Below, piece by piece: positions 16,526 to 26,822 of a stretch of 29,397 nt of DNA; position 1 is the first letter of the stretch, and the number at the start of each line of letters is the position of its first letter. The DNA comes from Candidatus Heimdallarchaeota archaeon. GTDB taxonomy: Archaea; Asgardarchaeota; Heimdallarchaeia; Hodarchaeales; Hodarchaeaceae. Location of the stretch: the NCBI GenBank assembly GCA_019057635.1, contig DXJL01000039.1, forward strand, positions 1 through 29,397, in the 5' to 3' direction. A model generated the notes under the pieces. That model searched no databases and had not been told where the DNA came from. It saw only the letters and a program-made list of their open reading frames with translations. The translations under genes and the position numbers were made by a program.

Positions 16526-19500
16526 TTATTTTGCTTCTTTCTTATCTTTTTGATTTGTAAAGTCCATCATTTCGTCAAGAAGCTGCTCTGAATACTGTTC
16601 ATCAGCAGTAGATACTTTATTCTGCTCTCCGAGAAATTTTGTACTAATTAGTTGATATTTTTCTGTGAATAGATCTAGCCATTTTTTCTTTTTGTGTCGT
16701 CCCAAATCAGGAAGCAGTTCATTTAATAGGTTAATGAAATTTATAGCAATCTCCTTTGAAGCTGTTTGATTTGATAGATATGCAATTACCTCATCCAAAA
16801 TTTCTAAAGACTTTATATAATCACTTGAGTTAAATTCACTTCTGAATTGAGATTCAAGAAGCTTAAATGTAGTTAATGCGTTACTTATACCTTGAGAAAC
16901 CTTTAATGCTTTTTCATGAGCAAGATTCTTGATTTTTTTATTTTTCTGGTACGCATTTCCAATATTGAATAGAATTATGGCAGCCATATCCTTCTCTTCA
17001 TCATTTAATGATCCAGCGAGATTTCCTATCCATGGTATAACAGAAACAATTATTTCTTCTGGGATATTTGTGGAAGTTATAAGGGGATTGAGCTGTTTGA
17101 TAAATTCCAATTTAGTTCCAGGAAGAAGTGAACTAATGGCATCTTGATCCCGATCCAACAAATCTACTATATCTTTAAATAGAGATTGTTGAATAAATCT
17201 ATCAATTACATTTATTAGCAAGAAAATTGCCTGAGAACCTGCTTCTGGAATTTCTGAAATGCTATTTATAATTAAAGTTAATTGGGAGTAGAATAATTCC
17301 TTTTCATCCCGACTGAGAGTTTCAAACACTAAATTGATATACTTCTCAACAGTTTCTCGGACTAGTGACGAATTTGGGCTAGTAGAACCGATCAAAAGTT
17401 TAAAATAAAGCTTAAGGAGGTCCTTTGAATTCTCTGGGGCATATTGAAAGAAGTAAGGGAGAAAATCATGAATTAAAATTGCTACTTCGTTGATCTTAAA
17501 ATCATCAATTCCAAGGTTTACAACATCATACACCTTTGAAATAGCTCCTTCATAATTCCCTCGTCCAATAAAAGCTTCTACCTTTTTCCGTTCAATTTCA
17601 AGGATTTTATCGGTACGATTAAAGTGTTTGTAAATACGTTCGAGAAGTTCTATGAAGCCTAAGGCTTCATCAAACCGTTTTTGAGAGAAGAGTTCATTAA
17701 TAAAACCCATTAACACTTGAGTGATGGGTTGTATGGATAGAGTTACTTCAGTTGTGAAAACTCGTGATAATGGTTCCCAGGCACGTTCTAAAAAGATCAT
17801 CGTGTAAGCGATATTATTAACGCTCCATAATTTGCGTGCTTCTGCAAGTGCGATCGAAGATGCTTCTTGTAACATTTCTAAATCAGCGTAGATACTCAAA
17901 GCTTGATCTACTAACGTAAAATAAGTGTCATAATCACTCTCAGCAAATCGATCCTTCGCATTGGTTAGATAGGTATCGGCAAGAGATAATGAATCGATTG
18001 AGGTTTTCTGTTCAGTGTCTGCTAAAAACTCTATACCTTGATCTGTTTTTCCATATTTTAATAGTGCCGATCCGAAGGATTTATCAAACTCAACTACTTC
18101 CTTAATTGTTCCTATTTGAGATATGATAGATCTAGCAGCTCTGAATTGTCTGAATGCCAGACTTTCTGTTAATGGGATAAGCTGAATTGCCTTCTCCAGC
18201 ATTAAATTTGCCGCATCTGCATCTTGTTTTAACTGAATTAAACATGAAATCAAGAATTCGAGATAACGTCCAGCTATCGGATCGCTTGAATTTAGCTCAA
18301 TATGATGGTTTTTTCTATTTTCTACATAATCTAAGATTAGGCCGATTTTTTCAATGATTTGTTCTTTTAAGAAGATATTAAATGCCTTGCCGAGATATTC
18401 AAACCCTCGGTCATTAAGACCTTTTTCAAAGAAATGAACACTTATCTCAAAAGCTGAATCACCCTGAGCCTCTTTTATCCCAATAAAATCATAAATATTT
18501 GTTATTAATGTATATACTGGATCAATAAAGGAGAATTCCTCATCATTTGCGAGAAATCGGTTAATTAATGCCTCTAACCGTTGTACAACAGGAATCACTT
18601 CTTCATGTTCTGCTTTCTCCTGAATCAGAAAATTCACTTGGTTATGTATCAAGGGGATCATATATGTATATTGCTGTTTTTCCCTTAATCTTTCAATCAT
18701 TGTATTTGATCGACTCATTGCTCTAGAAATATTCTTCGTACGACGTAGATATTCAAAATTTTGACTGTAAAGGGATAATGCTTCGTCCACCTGATCGTTT
18801 TCCAACAAAAAGAGAGATTGCTGTGAGTAGAGCGAATCGTACTTATCCCCATCTTCTAGTGCCAAATAGGTATTTCCAAGAATATTGATGAAATCATTCT
18901 GAAATATCGTTGATTTCAAGGGTTCAAATAATTCTTCCAAAGTCTTTGCATAAGCCTGCAAAGAAGGAGGATCAACGTATTGGTAAAGGTTACTAGTTTC
19001 TTGTAAATATTCTAATTCTTTCTCGTAATTTCCCATCCTACTATAATATTTAGCAAATTTAATTTTTATTTGGCCAGCTGCCTCTTTTTCGGATATATCA
19101 AGAAAAGTTTCAACTAGAAATTTCTCTAATTCTTCCGCATCGAATACTTTGTTATTATCAAGAAGCTCATCAATTTTATTCTCGAGTTCATCTGTAATTT
19201 TGTGTATTCCAGCAAATCTTGAATGTGAGACTAAGATATCCACTGCTTTTTTAATATATACAAAGTCATCAACGATTAAACCTTGGTTTATTAACTGTTT
19301 TCCAATTTCACGTATGTAAATTGCCACGTTCTCAATTTTTTGATCCCTAGCAGTTTCTTTACAGATATCACTAATCTTATTGAAATAACGCATGGGAAGA
19401 AGAGTGTTTGGATCCTCAAAATTAGTTTTAGAAGAGTGATGAATGAGTTTAACCATTGCTCGTGTACCCTCTGAATAGAGATACTCAATAATTTCATTTG

Positions 19501-20431
19501 GTATAGACTCATCCCCAACTATACTTGAACTCTGAAGTGCATCATCAAAGGTTGTAAAAGCTGTTTCTAATTGATCATTATTTAGATAAATTCTTCCTAC
19601 TTCAATTAATATCTTAGAATAATCTTGCAATGATTGAGCTTGAAGATGAGCCGCTTTCGATCGGGCTATCAAAGTCTCTCCTAGTTCCCGTTTTTCTGGA
19701 TCTGAAAAATTCTTTTCGAGTAAATCGAGACCTAGGTCGGCATAAACTGTCTTTTCGATATTAATAACTTTGTTATTGTGTTCTTGATCATCAAACAGAT
19801 TACGTGCTTCTTCAAACAGGTAAAATCCTTTGTCTAAGATATTTTTTCTAATATTTAATTCTGCTTCGGCGAGTAAAGATTCAAAAGTTGCCTCTTGATT
19901 TTTCATAAGTGAGAAAATAATTCGAGATTTTTCAAATGCTTCCTCCGATTCATGTTCAGTCTTTTTGGAAGTTGCAAGTTTCTTTCCAACCTCTACAAAC
20001 ACTTTTCCTGCAAGAAGAAACTCTTTATTTCTATGGGAAATTCCAGATACGGTTTCTCGACATTCCCCCAGAAAATATCTTGTCAAAGCTCCATTCTTTG
20101 TTGCATATTCTTCATTTTCCACTAATACTTTAATATATTCTTCAATGATCGGAATGGCTGATGCTGTGTAACGGAAGAGCTCCTTTTGGGTTTTATTCTT
20201 TCCACGTCGTGCAACATTGATTATTCTTCTATATAAGACGATAACAGCTTCTGCACGTTTCTCTCTTTGTCGTGCAGAAATAGCACGCTCTAAGTATTTC
20301 AGGGCTTCTTGAAAATTTTTCTGTTCCTCAACGTAATAATCTGCTACTTCTACGGCTGTTTTTGCAGCGTCATCCCACTTCTTCTTCTTCTCATATTTCT
20401 GTAGGTCTTTCGTTCGCTTTTCCAGATTCAT
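16526..20431 (-). CDS. Large all-alpha solenoid protein (TPR/alpha-SNAP-like repeats)
   Basis: About 1300 codons with no TM segment and recurring helix-pair motifs: VADYYVEEQKNFQEALKYLERA, VGRIYLNNDQLETAFTTFDDA, FAKYYSRMGNYEKELEYLQET, FIGRGNYEGAISKV. The likely start is ATG at 20431 after GTGGTTGA (track start 20446). Confidence 0.85.
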   Translation of the reverse strand: MNLEKRTKDLQKYEKKKKWDDAAKTAVEVADYYVEEQKNFQEALKYLERAISARQREKRAEAVIVLYRRIINVARRGKNKTQKELFRYTASAIPIIEEYIKVLVENEEYATKNGALTRYFLGECRETVSGISHRNKEFLLAGKVFVEVGKKLATSKKTEHESEEAFEKSRIIFSLMKNQEATFESLLAEAELNIRKNILDKGFYLFEEARNLFDDQEHNNKVINIEKTVYADLGLDLLEKNFSDPEKRELGETLIARSKAAHLQAQSLQDYSKILIEVGRIYLNNDQLETAFTTFDDALQSSSIVGDESIPNEIIEYLYSEGTRAMVKLIHHSSKTNFEDPNTLLPMRYFNKISDICKETARDQKIENVAIYIREIGKQLINQGLIVDDFVYIKKAVDILVSHSRFAGIHKITDELENKIDELLDNNKVFDAEELEKFLVETFLDISEKEAAGQIKIKFAKYYSRMGNYEKELEYLQETSNLYQYVDPPSLQAYAKTLEELFEPLKSTIFQNDFINILGNTYLALEDGDKYDSLYSQQSLFLLENDQVDEALSLYSQNFEYLRRTKNISRAMSRSNTMIERLREKQQYTYMIPLIHNQVNFLIQEKAEHEEVIPVVQRLEALINRFLANDEEFSFIDPVYTLITNIYDFIGIKEAQGDSAFEISVHFFEKGLNDRGFEYLGKAFNIFLKEQIIEKIGLILDYVENRKNHHIELNSSDPIAGRYLEFLISCLIQLKQDADAANLMLEKAIQLIPLTESLAFRQFRAARSIISQIGTIKEVVEFDKSFGSALLKYGKTDQGIEFLADTEQKTSIDSLSLADTYLTNAKDRFAESDYDTYFTLVDQALSIYADLEMLQEASSIALAEARKLWSVNNIAYTMIFLERAWEPLSRVFTTEVTLSIQPITQVLMGFINELFSQKRFDEALGFIELLERIYKHFNRTDKILEIERKKVEAFIGRGNYEGAISKVYDVVNLGIDDFKINEVAILIHDFLPYFFQYAPENSKDLLKLYFKLLIGSTSPNSSLVRETVEKYINLVFETLSRDEKELFYSQLTLIINSISEIPEAGSQAIFLLINVIDRFIQQSLFKDIVDLLDRDQDAISSLLPGTKLEFIKQLNPLITSTNIPEEIIVSVIPWIGNLAGSLNDEEKDMAAIILFNIGNAYQKNKKIKNLAHEKALKVSQGISNALTTFKLLESQFRSEFNSSDYIKSLEILDEVIAYLSNQTASKEIAINFINLLNELLPDLGRHKKKKWLDLFTEKYQLISTKFLGEQNKVSTADEQYSEQLLDEMMDFTNQKDKKEAK

Positions 20432-20621
20432 ATTATTCAACCACAATATATGAGACTACTGGATATTCTATATACAAAATAAAATTCTGTTAATATAAAA
20501 CTTCCAGAACTAATGTGACTAAATTACTTTCTGGTGAGCTTTATATACTAATTTTAATGAATAACTAGTACTTTTGACAGAAATTGGAGAGAATCGGAAA
20601 ATAAATTGGTGTCAAAGAACT

Positions 20622-22073
20622 ATGCGTGTAGCAATGTTTGCCAGCGAAATGGATCCTTATGTGAAAACAGGAGGTTTAGCTGATGTCATTGGTTCCCTTC
20701 CTAAAGAGTTACTCCCCTATGTAGATAATGTGGATGTGTTTATACCTTATTATCGTAATATAAAGAGAAGTAATATTCCATTGGAACAAACAGACATTAA
20801 TTTCAGTCAAAAAATAGGGTCTAAGCACTATAAAGGTAAGGTGTATAGGATGGAGGATAGTGGTATCTCTGTTTACCTTATTGATAATTATCATTTATTT
20901 CGTAAACGTTCTGATGTATATGTCCGCCATGGGAAAGATTATCCTGATAACTTAGAAAGATTTGTATTTTTCTGTAAAGGGGCGCTGAGGGTAGTTGAGC
21001 AATTATCAGTAAACCAAAATTATAATATTTTCCATTGTCACGACTGGCAAACGGCTTTAATCCCATTATATACGAAATTATCTGATTTCTTCCAGGCAGA
21101 GAAGCGTCCATTAACAGTTTATACTATTCATAATCTTGCCTACCAAGGAAAATTTCCACGATCAAAATTCCCTTTGCTTCAGATCCCTAGAAAGTATTTA
21201 GAACCAAAGTATTTAGAATCATGGGGGAAGATAAATCTAATGAAAGCTGGACTACTGTTCGCTGATGAGTTGACAACCGTAAGTCCAACTTATGCACAGG
21301 AAATACAAACGAAAGAATTAGGAGTAGGCCTTCATGAAATTCTTGCATCTCGTCAAAAGAATCTAACAGGGATTTTAAACGGTGTAGACTATTCGATTTG
21401 GAATCCTAAATATTCATCTCATTTATCTGCAAATTACTCTTCGGATGATTTATCTGGGAAAAGAATTTGTAAGAAATTTCTGCAGAAATATTATCATCTC
21501 CCAGTCAAACCTGATGCATTACTTACGGGTATTGTTTCCAGACTGGCATGGCAGAAAGGAATGGATTTAGTTCTATCTGTACTCCCAGATCTTCTATCAA
21601 CTGGGAAAATTCAATTCGTTTTACTTGGAACAGGAGACTCAAAACTTGAGGAAGATTTTTTAGCCCTAGAGAGACAATATCCAAAGCAAGTAGGGATAAA
21701 AATAGGTTTTGGCGAAGCTTTGGCCCATCAGATAGAGGCAGGCATTGATGTGTTCTTGATGCCTTCACGCTACGAACCATGTGGACTTAATGATAAGTAT
21801 AGTTTAAAATATGGATCTGTTCCGGTAGTGTATTGTACTGGTGGGCTTGCAGATAGCGTGATAGATTACCAAACTCACCCTAACGATGGAACGGGGTTTG
21901 TTTTTTGTCAATTCAATCCAGACTCATTCAAGAAAGCAGTATTAAACGCTCTGAAGATTTTTCAAGTGAAGTCTGAGTGGGTGAAATTGATACAAAGAGG
22001 TATGCAGCAAGATTTTTCTTGGTCAAAATCGGCTGAACAATACTTACAAGTCTATAAACGGAAAAGCAACTAA
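20622..22073 (+). CDS. glgA: Glycogen synthase (GT5, GlgA type)
   Basis: MRVAMFASEMDPYVKTGGLADV, HCHDWQT, TIHNLAYQG, TTVSPTYA, GILNGVD, SRLAWQKG, MPSRYEPCGL and TGGLAD motifs. The likely start is ATG at 20622. Confidence 0.95.
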   Translation: MRVAMFASEMDPYVKTGGLADVIGSLPKELLPYVDNVDVFIPYYRNIKRSNIPLEQTDINFSQKIGSKHYKGKVYRMEDSGISVYLIDNYHLFRKRSDVYVRHGKDYPDNLERFVFFCKGALRVVEQLSVNQNYNIFHCHDWQTALIPLYTKLSDFFQAEKRPLTVYTIHNLAYQGKFPRSKFPLLQIPRKYLEPKYLESWGKINLMKAGLLFADELTTVSPTYAQEIQTKELGVGLHEILASRQKNLTGILNGVDYSIWNPKYSSHLSANYSSDDLSGKRICKKFLQKYYHLPVKPDALLTGIVSRLAWQKGMDLVLSVLPDLLSTGKIQFVLLGTGDSKLEEDFLALERQYPKQVGIKIGFGEALAHQIEAGIDVFLMPSRYEPCGLNDKYSLKYGSVPVVYCTGGLADSVIDYQTHPNDGTGFVFCQFNPDSFKKAVLNALKIFQVKSEWVKLIQRGMQQDFSWSKSAEQYLQVYKRKSN

Positions 22074-22085
22074 TTGGTGAATGAA

Positions 22086-23393
22086 ATGGTAGAATTAGCG
22101 ATTTTAAAAGGAACTAATGATCGTCTTCCAGAGGAACAAGTGTTACGTGAGGAAATAATTGATATTTTAAAAGAATCGTTCCAATTGTATGGATTTCAAC
22201 CAGCGACAACACCAATTCTTGAACTTTGGGAAGTTCTCGCCTCAAAATATTCTGGAGGGGAAGAAATCCTAAAAGAAGCCTACAAATTGACCGATCAAGG
22301 TCAACGAGAATTAGGGTTAAGGTATGATCTCTCTGTTCCTTTAGCTAGATTGATTGGAATGAATCCCCATTTGAGCAAACCATTCAAGCGATATGAAATT
22401 GGCCCTTGCTTCCGTGATGGACCAATAAAAAAAGGTAGATACCGTGAGTTTGTACAGTGTGATGCTGACACTGTGGGTGTAACATCGATGCTAGCTGATG
22501 CCGAGTGTTTAGCATTAGCTCACCAAATATTCTCAAAACTAGGTTTGGATGTATATTTAGAGGTTAATAACCGAAAATTACTCTCAGGAATCTTAATTGC
22601 TGCAGGAATTCCGTCAGAATTATTAAGTACAGCAATATTATCAATAGATAAAATGAAAAAGATTGGTATTGCGGGTGTACATGAGGAATTAGTCGACAAA
22701 GGTATTAGTTCAGATCTAACTGAGAGTATCTTTGAATATTTCAGCTTAGAAGGCCCTTATTTAGAGATATTAGATAAATTAGAAAAGAAGATAGATAATA
22801 CTATAGGAAAACAAGGTATTCTGGAATTGAGGGAATTACACAGATATTTAACACTTTTTGGTATAATAGATGATGTTAAACTGTTGTATAGCCTAGCTCG
22901 AGGGTTAGAAATATATACAGGAACAGTTTTTGAAGCGTTTACAAAAGATCCAACGATTTTGGAATCGTCGTTATGCGCTGGTGGACGTTACGATCAGATT
23001 ATTGGGAAATTCCTTAATTCAGAGCAAGTTATTCCAGCTGTTGGAATTTCTTTTGGATTAGAGACTATTTACGATGCGTTGGCGACAAGGCAAACACCTC
23101 CAGCAAGTAAAACTCAAGTATATCTTATTCCCATAAAAACTCTTGATGTGTGTATAGAAATTACCACACAGTTACGTCAGAAAGGAATTCCAACGGAAGT
23201 TGATCTTTTAAATCGTAATATATCAAAAAATCTTGAACATGCCAATCGTCTACAAATTCCATTTGTTATCATCGCTGGGAAACGTGATTTAGCCCAAAAT
23301 CTGATAACAATAAAGGATATGCGAAAGGGTACTGAGGAAGCTATTAAACTGGATAAAATATATTCTCATCTAACTAAAGTGATGAAGAAATAA
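22086..23393 (+). CDS. hisS: Histidine--tRNA ligase
   Basis: KGTND, LRYDLSVP, FRDGPIKKGRYREFVQCD (motif 2), LARGLEIYTG, GGRYD, and a C-terminal anticodon-binding domain. ATG at 22086 follows GGTGA. Confidence 0.95.
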   Translation: MVELAILKGTNDRLPEEQVLREEIIDILKESFQLYGFQPATTPILELWEVLASKYSGGEEILKEAYKLTDQGQRELGLRYDLSVPLARLIGMNPHLSKPFKRYEIGPCFRDGPIKKGRYREFVQCDADTVGVTSMLADAECLALAHQIFSKLGLDVYLEVNNRKLLSGILIAAGIPSELLSTAILSIDKMKKIGIAGVHEELVDKGISSDLTESIFEYFSLEGPYLEILDKLEKKIDNTIGKQGILELRELHRYLTLFGIIDDVKLLYSLARGLEIYTGTVFEAFTKDPTILESSLCAGGRYDQIIGKFLNSEQVIPAVGISFGLETIYDALATRQTPPASKTQVYLIPIKTLDVCIEITTQLRQKGIPTEVDLLNRNISKNLEHANRLQIPFVIIAGKRDLAQNLITIKDMRKGTEEAIKLDKIYSHLTKVMKK

Positions 23394-23411
23394 TTAAATA
23401 TAACATCAGAC

Positions 23412-23437
23412 AAAAAATCGTTGTAGCGATTATTTTT
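23412..23437. terminator. Possible bidirectional terminator between convergent hisS and the MFS gene
   Basis: AAAAAATCGT-TGTA-GCGATTATTTTT forms a short, weak hairpin flanked by A and T runs. Confidence 0.3.
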
Positions 23438-23478
23438 ATGGAAAATAAATTGGATAAAGAGGAAAAAGAATTGAAAAG

Positions 23479-24852
23479 CTATAAATTCAATTCTTTCATC
23501 TTAATTTTATTAGATGCGACTTTTTCTGATGTGAGGGTATTTAGAAACCAAAAAATGATTACACCACAAACTAATATGATAGCTGGAATCGTGGCTGTGT
23601 GAAGATGGATTCCGAACAATGCTCTTTCAGTTTGTTCACCCTTTGGGACAAAACCAGTTAATTCGTGAACAAACAAAAATATTAGGGCTTGAATTGCAAT
23701 AGCCCACCTACCAAAGAATGCTCTGAATCCCATAAAAATCCCATCATTCCGTTTGCCAGTTTTTACTACTATTTCATCGATAACATCCGCTAAGGCGGGA
23801 TTCATCAGCATCCAATATCCTCCGAAGCCAATACCCATAACAAACGCCAAACTTGAGAACTCTATTAGCGAAGAAGCAAAAGTCATTGGAAGTAAAGCTA
23901 TTACCATTATGCAAGCAGTAATCATAAGCATTCGTTGATTACTTTGAACTCTTTGTGCGAATTTCAGCCATATTGGAATTGTAAGCAGTGCACCAAGTAA
24001 ATAACCAACGAAAATTAACAGAGTTGAGGTGTCAGGTGGTAAAACATAATCTCCCACATATTCTATTGATGAAACTAATGAAACAACCGCTGATTGGTAA
24101 AATAAATAGAGAACTATCCACGCAAAGAAATTTCGTGTTTTTAAGGCATTAATCAACTCTTTGAAAAACGAATCTTCTTCTTTCATTTGTCTATCATGAA
24201 AATAACGTTCAATCATATCAGGAGTTTCTTTGACACCTGATACCATCAAGAATACGGAAACTATTCCTATGAATGCGAATATTAAAGCTGCAGTGATATA
24301 GCTTGAGTATACATTGGAGTCTGTCAGTGATCCAGCTAAGATGAAACCAAAAGCAATTCCAAAAACTCCAATACCTGCTCCATATCCAGCTGTTCGATTC
24401 CTTAATTGCTCTGTACGAAATTTATCTGGGAAAACACTCTGGTAAGAGACATCCCATAGACTAAATAAAAAATCGAACATACAGATAGAGATGAGCAACC
24501 AGAAGAAAATAATGATTTGATCCGTTAATGTCTCTGGAACAGCAAATATTAAAATGAACGAAACTGCATAGAGGAGTGATCCACTTAAAATCCATGGAAA
24601 TCGCCTACCATAATTCTTTGTAAATCTAGTCTGCTTTTTCTCTGTGAAGTAGCCAATTAAAGGATCATTCACAGCATTCCATAAAGAATATAGTATAAAC
24701 GCTAATGCAGTTAGCCCTAGGTCAAGTTGAACAACAGTTTCGTAATAAAAGAAACCTATTACAAGAAATGCTTGCCCAAAGAATTCGGCTAAGAATTTTC
24801 CCACTCCATATGATAACATTACTCTTTGAGAGACGTTTTCAGTGACAGACAT
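23479..24852 (-). CDS. MFS transporter, glycoside-pentoside-hexuronide (MelB/MFS_2) family
   Basis: LSYGVG, WNAVNDPLIGY, TRF...GRRFPW, LADVIDE...TGKRNDGIFMG motifs, about 12 TM segments. Confidence 0.9.
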   Translation of the reverse strand: MSVTENVSQRVMLSYGVGKFLAEFFGQAFLVIGFFYYETVVQLDLGLTALAFILYSLWNAVNDPLIGYFTEKKQTRFTKNYGRRFPWILSGSLLYAVSFILIFAVPETLTDQIIIFFWLLISICMFDFLFSLWDVSYQSVFPDKFRTEQLRNRTAGYGAGIGVFGIAFGFILAGSLTDSNVYSSYITAALIFAFIGIVSVFLMVSGVKETPDMIERYFHDRQMKEEDSFFKELINALKTRNFFAWIVLYLFYQSAVVSLVSSIEYVGDYVLPPDTSTLLIFVGYLLGALLTIPIWLKFAQRVQSNQRMLMITACIMVIALLPMTFASSLIEFSSLAFVMGIGFGGYWMLMNPALADVIDEIVVKTGKRNDGIFMGFRAFFGRWAIAIQALIFLFVHELTGFVPKGEQTERALFGIHLHTATIPAIILVCGVIIFWFLNTLTSEKVASNKIKMKELNL

Positions 24853-24975
24853 TATAACACCTGCTTAATATATCAAATTTGAGAATAATCAGTAATTGTT
24901 CGACTAAGTAACAGTATACCTTTTTGAAATTCTGATCTTTTTTGAATTCTTCGTCTTTCAACATTTAAGTAATTT

Positions 24976-26604
24976 TTAGGCGTGTAGTTTACCTGTTTTT
25001 CGGTTTAAACTGGCTTGAACAAAGGAAATGAAGATTCTCGAAGGGTGCTCAAACTTTGAGAGGAATTCAGGATGAAATTGAGTACCGATGAAAAATGGAT
25101 GATCGGGAATCTCAATTATATGGATAACATCTTCATTAGGGGAAGTGCCTGAAAAAACCATTCCATGCTCGCTAAGTGTCGGAATATACTCTGGGGTAAC
25201 TTCAAAACGATGACGAAATCTTTCTCGAATAATTTCCTTTTGATAGACTTTGTAAGCTAAAGTACCCACTCTGATCTGCACTGGATAACCTCCAAGACGC
25301 ATGGTTCCTCCCTTCCGATAGACTGATTGCTGTGAAGGAAGGAGAGAAATGACTGGATATTCTGTGCTAAGAGAAAATTCCGTAGAATTAGCATTCACCA
25401 AATTACATACATTTCGGGCAAATTCGATGATTGCACATTGTAAACCCAGGCAAATTCCTAAGAATGGTATTGATGATTCACGAATCTTTTGGATAAGTTT
25501 AATTTTTCCTTCGATCCCTCGATGACCAAACCCGCCAGGGATAATAAACCCATCATAGTTTTGTATATGAATATCTATGCTTTTTTCATCCAGATCAGTG
25601 GTTTCAATAAATGTGGATTCGACTTGTATTCCAAGGTGGGCACTTACATGTTTCAAAGCTTTAGTGATCGAAACATACGCATCTCCCAAATCTGTATATT
25701 TTCCCCCAATTCCAATCTTCAGTTTTCCTGTTGGCCGTTCTAAATTATCCACAAGTTCTCGCCATTTTTGTAAAGTAGGAACCTTTTTTGGTCCAATATG
25801 CAAGGTATTAAAGACACAGGTAAGAATTCCTTCTTCTAATAACTGAAATGGATATTTATAGATTGTACTAACATTGTGACCAGAAATAACCGCGGATTTC
25901 TCAATATTACAGAATAACGCAATTTTCGATCTAGTTTTTTCAATTAAAGGTTTTTTAGAACGACAAAGGAGGATATCTGGTTGAATTCCCATTCCTTGAA
26001 GAACTTTGACGCTTGCTTGAGAAGGTTTGGTTTTCTGCTCTCCCACCGCATCAAGGACAGGGATTAAGGTTACATGGCACCAACAAACGTTTTCTGGTCT
26101 AGCTTGTAAACTGAGTTGGCGTAAAGCTTCTATAAAATAAGCATTTTCAATATCTCCCACCGTCCCACCTACTTCAATCAGGGTAATATCTGTTGATTCA
26201 TCCTTTTGACGAATCCAATCAATTATTTCATTCGTAACATGAGGAATAAACTGAATATCTTCACCTAGAAATTCTCCCTTTCTTTCTTTCTCAATGATGT
26301 TATGAAAAATTCTTCCTCCTGTTAAGGAAGACCACGAATCCAATGAAATATTTAAAAAACGTTCATATTCCCCTAAATCCATATCTGTTTCTGTACCATC
26401 ATCCAGTACAAATACTTCTCCATGTTTAAAAGGATTGATTGTACCTGCATCCATATTTAGATAGCCATCAAATTTTATTGGTGAGATTGTATAACCTGAG
26501 GCGTTTAAGAGTTTGGCGAGCGATGCTGCTAATAATCCTTTCCCTAACCCGCTCATAACTCCACCTGTTATTACTAAATACTTATGAACGATTTTTCTCA
26601 CCAA
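24976..26604 (-). CDS. pyrG: CTP synthase
   Basis: TGGVMSGLGKG, HGEVFVLDDGTETDMDLG, EVGGTVGDIE, EQKTKP, PGGFG, GICLGLQ (glutaminase Cys) and QFHPE. Confidence 0.97.
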   Translation of the reverse strand: MVRKIVHKYLVITGGVMSGLGKGLLAASLAKLLNASGYTISPIKFDGYLNMDAGTINPFKHGEVFVLDDGTETDMDLGEYERFLNISLDSWSSLTGGRIFHNIIEKERKGEFLGEDIQFIPHVTNEIIDWIRQKDESTDITLIEVGGTVGDIENAYFIEALRQLSLQARPENVCWCHVTLIPVLDAVGEQKTKPSQASVKVLQGMGIQPDILLCRSKKPLIEKTRSKIALFCNIEKSAVISGHNVSTIYKYPFQLLEEGILTCVFNTLHIGPKKVPTLQKWRELVDNLERPTGKLKIGIGGKYTDLGDAYVSITKALKHVSAHLGIQVESTFIETTDLDEKSIDIHIQNYDGFIIPGGFGHRGIEGKIKLIQKIRESSIPFLGICLGLQCAIIEFARNVCNLVNANSTEFSLSTEYPVISLLPSQQSVYRKGGTMRLGGYPVQIRVGTLAYKVYQKEIIRERFRHRFEVTPEYIPTLSEHGMVFSGTSPNEDVIHIIEIPDHPFFIGTQFHPEFLSKFEHPSRIFISFVQASLNRKTGKLHA

Positions 26605-26822
26605 AATAAGGATGAATAGAGTAGAGGATTCGTTGATTGTATTATAAACTTTTGTTAATTCGAAGTTTAAGAATGAGAATGGTAAGAAGTATAAGTAAAA
26701 AAATAAGTGATTAATAATAATTTACCCCCTAAAGCCTCTTAATAACAATGGAATTGTTTTGGGAATATATTCACCCTGAAAACTTCTAAAAATCGAAATA
26801 TAAATTGGGAAGAATGAAGTGA

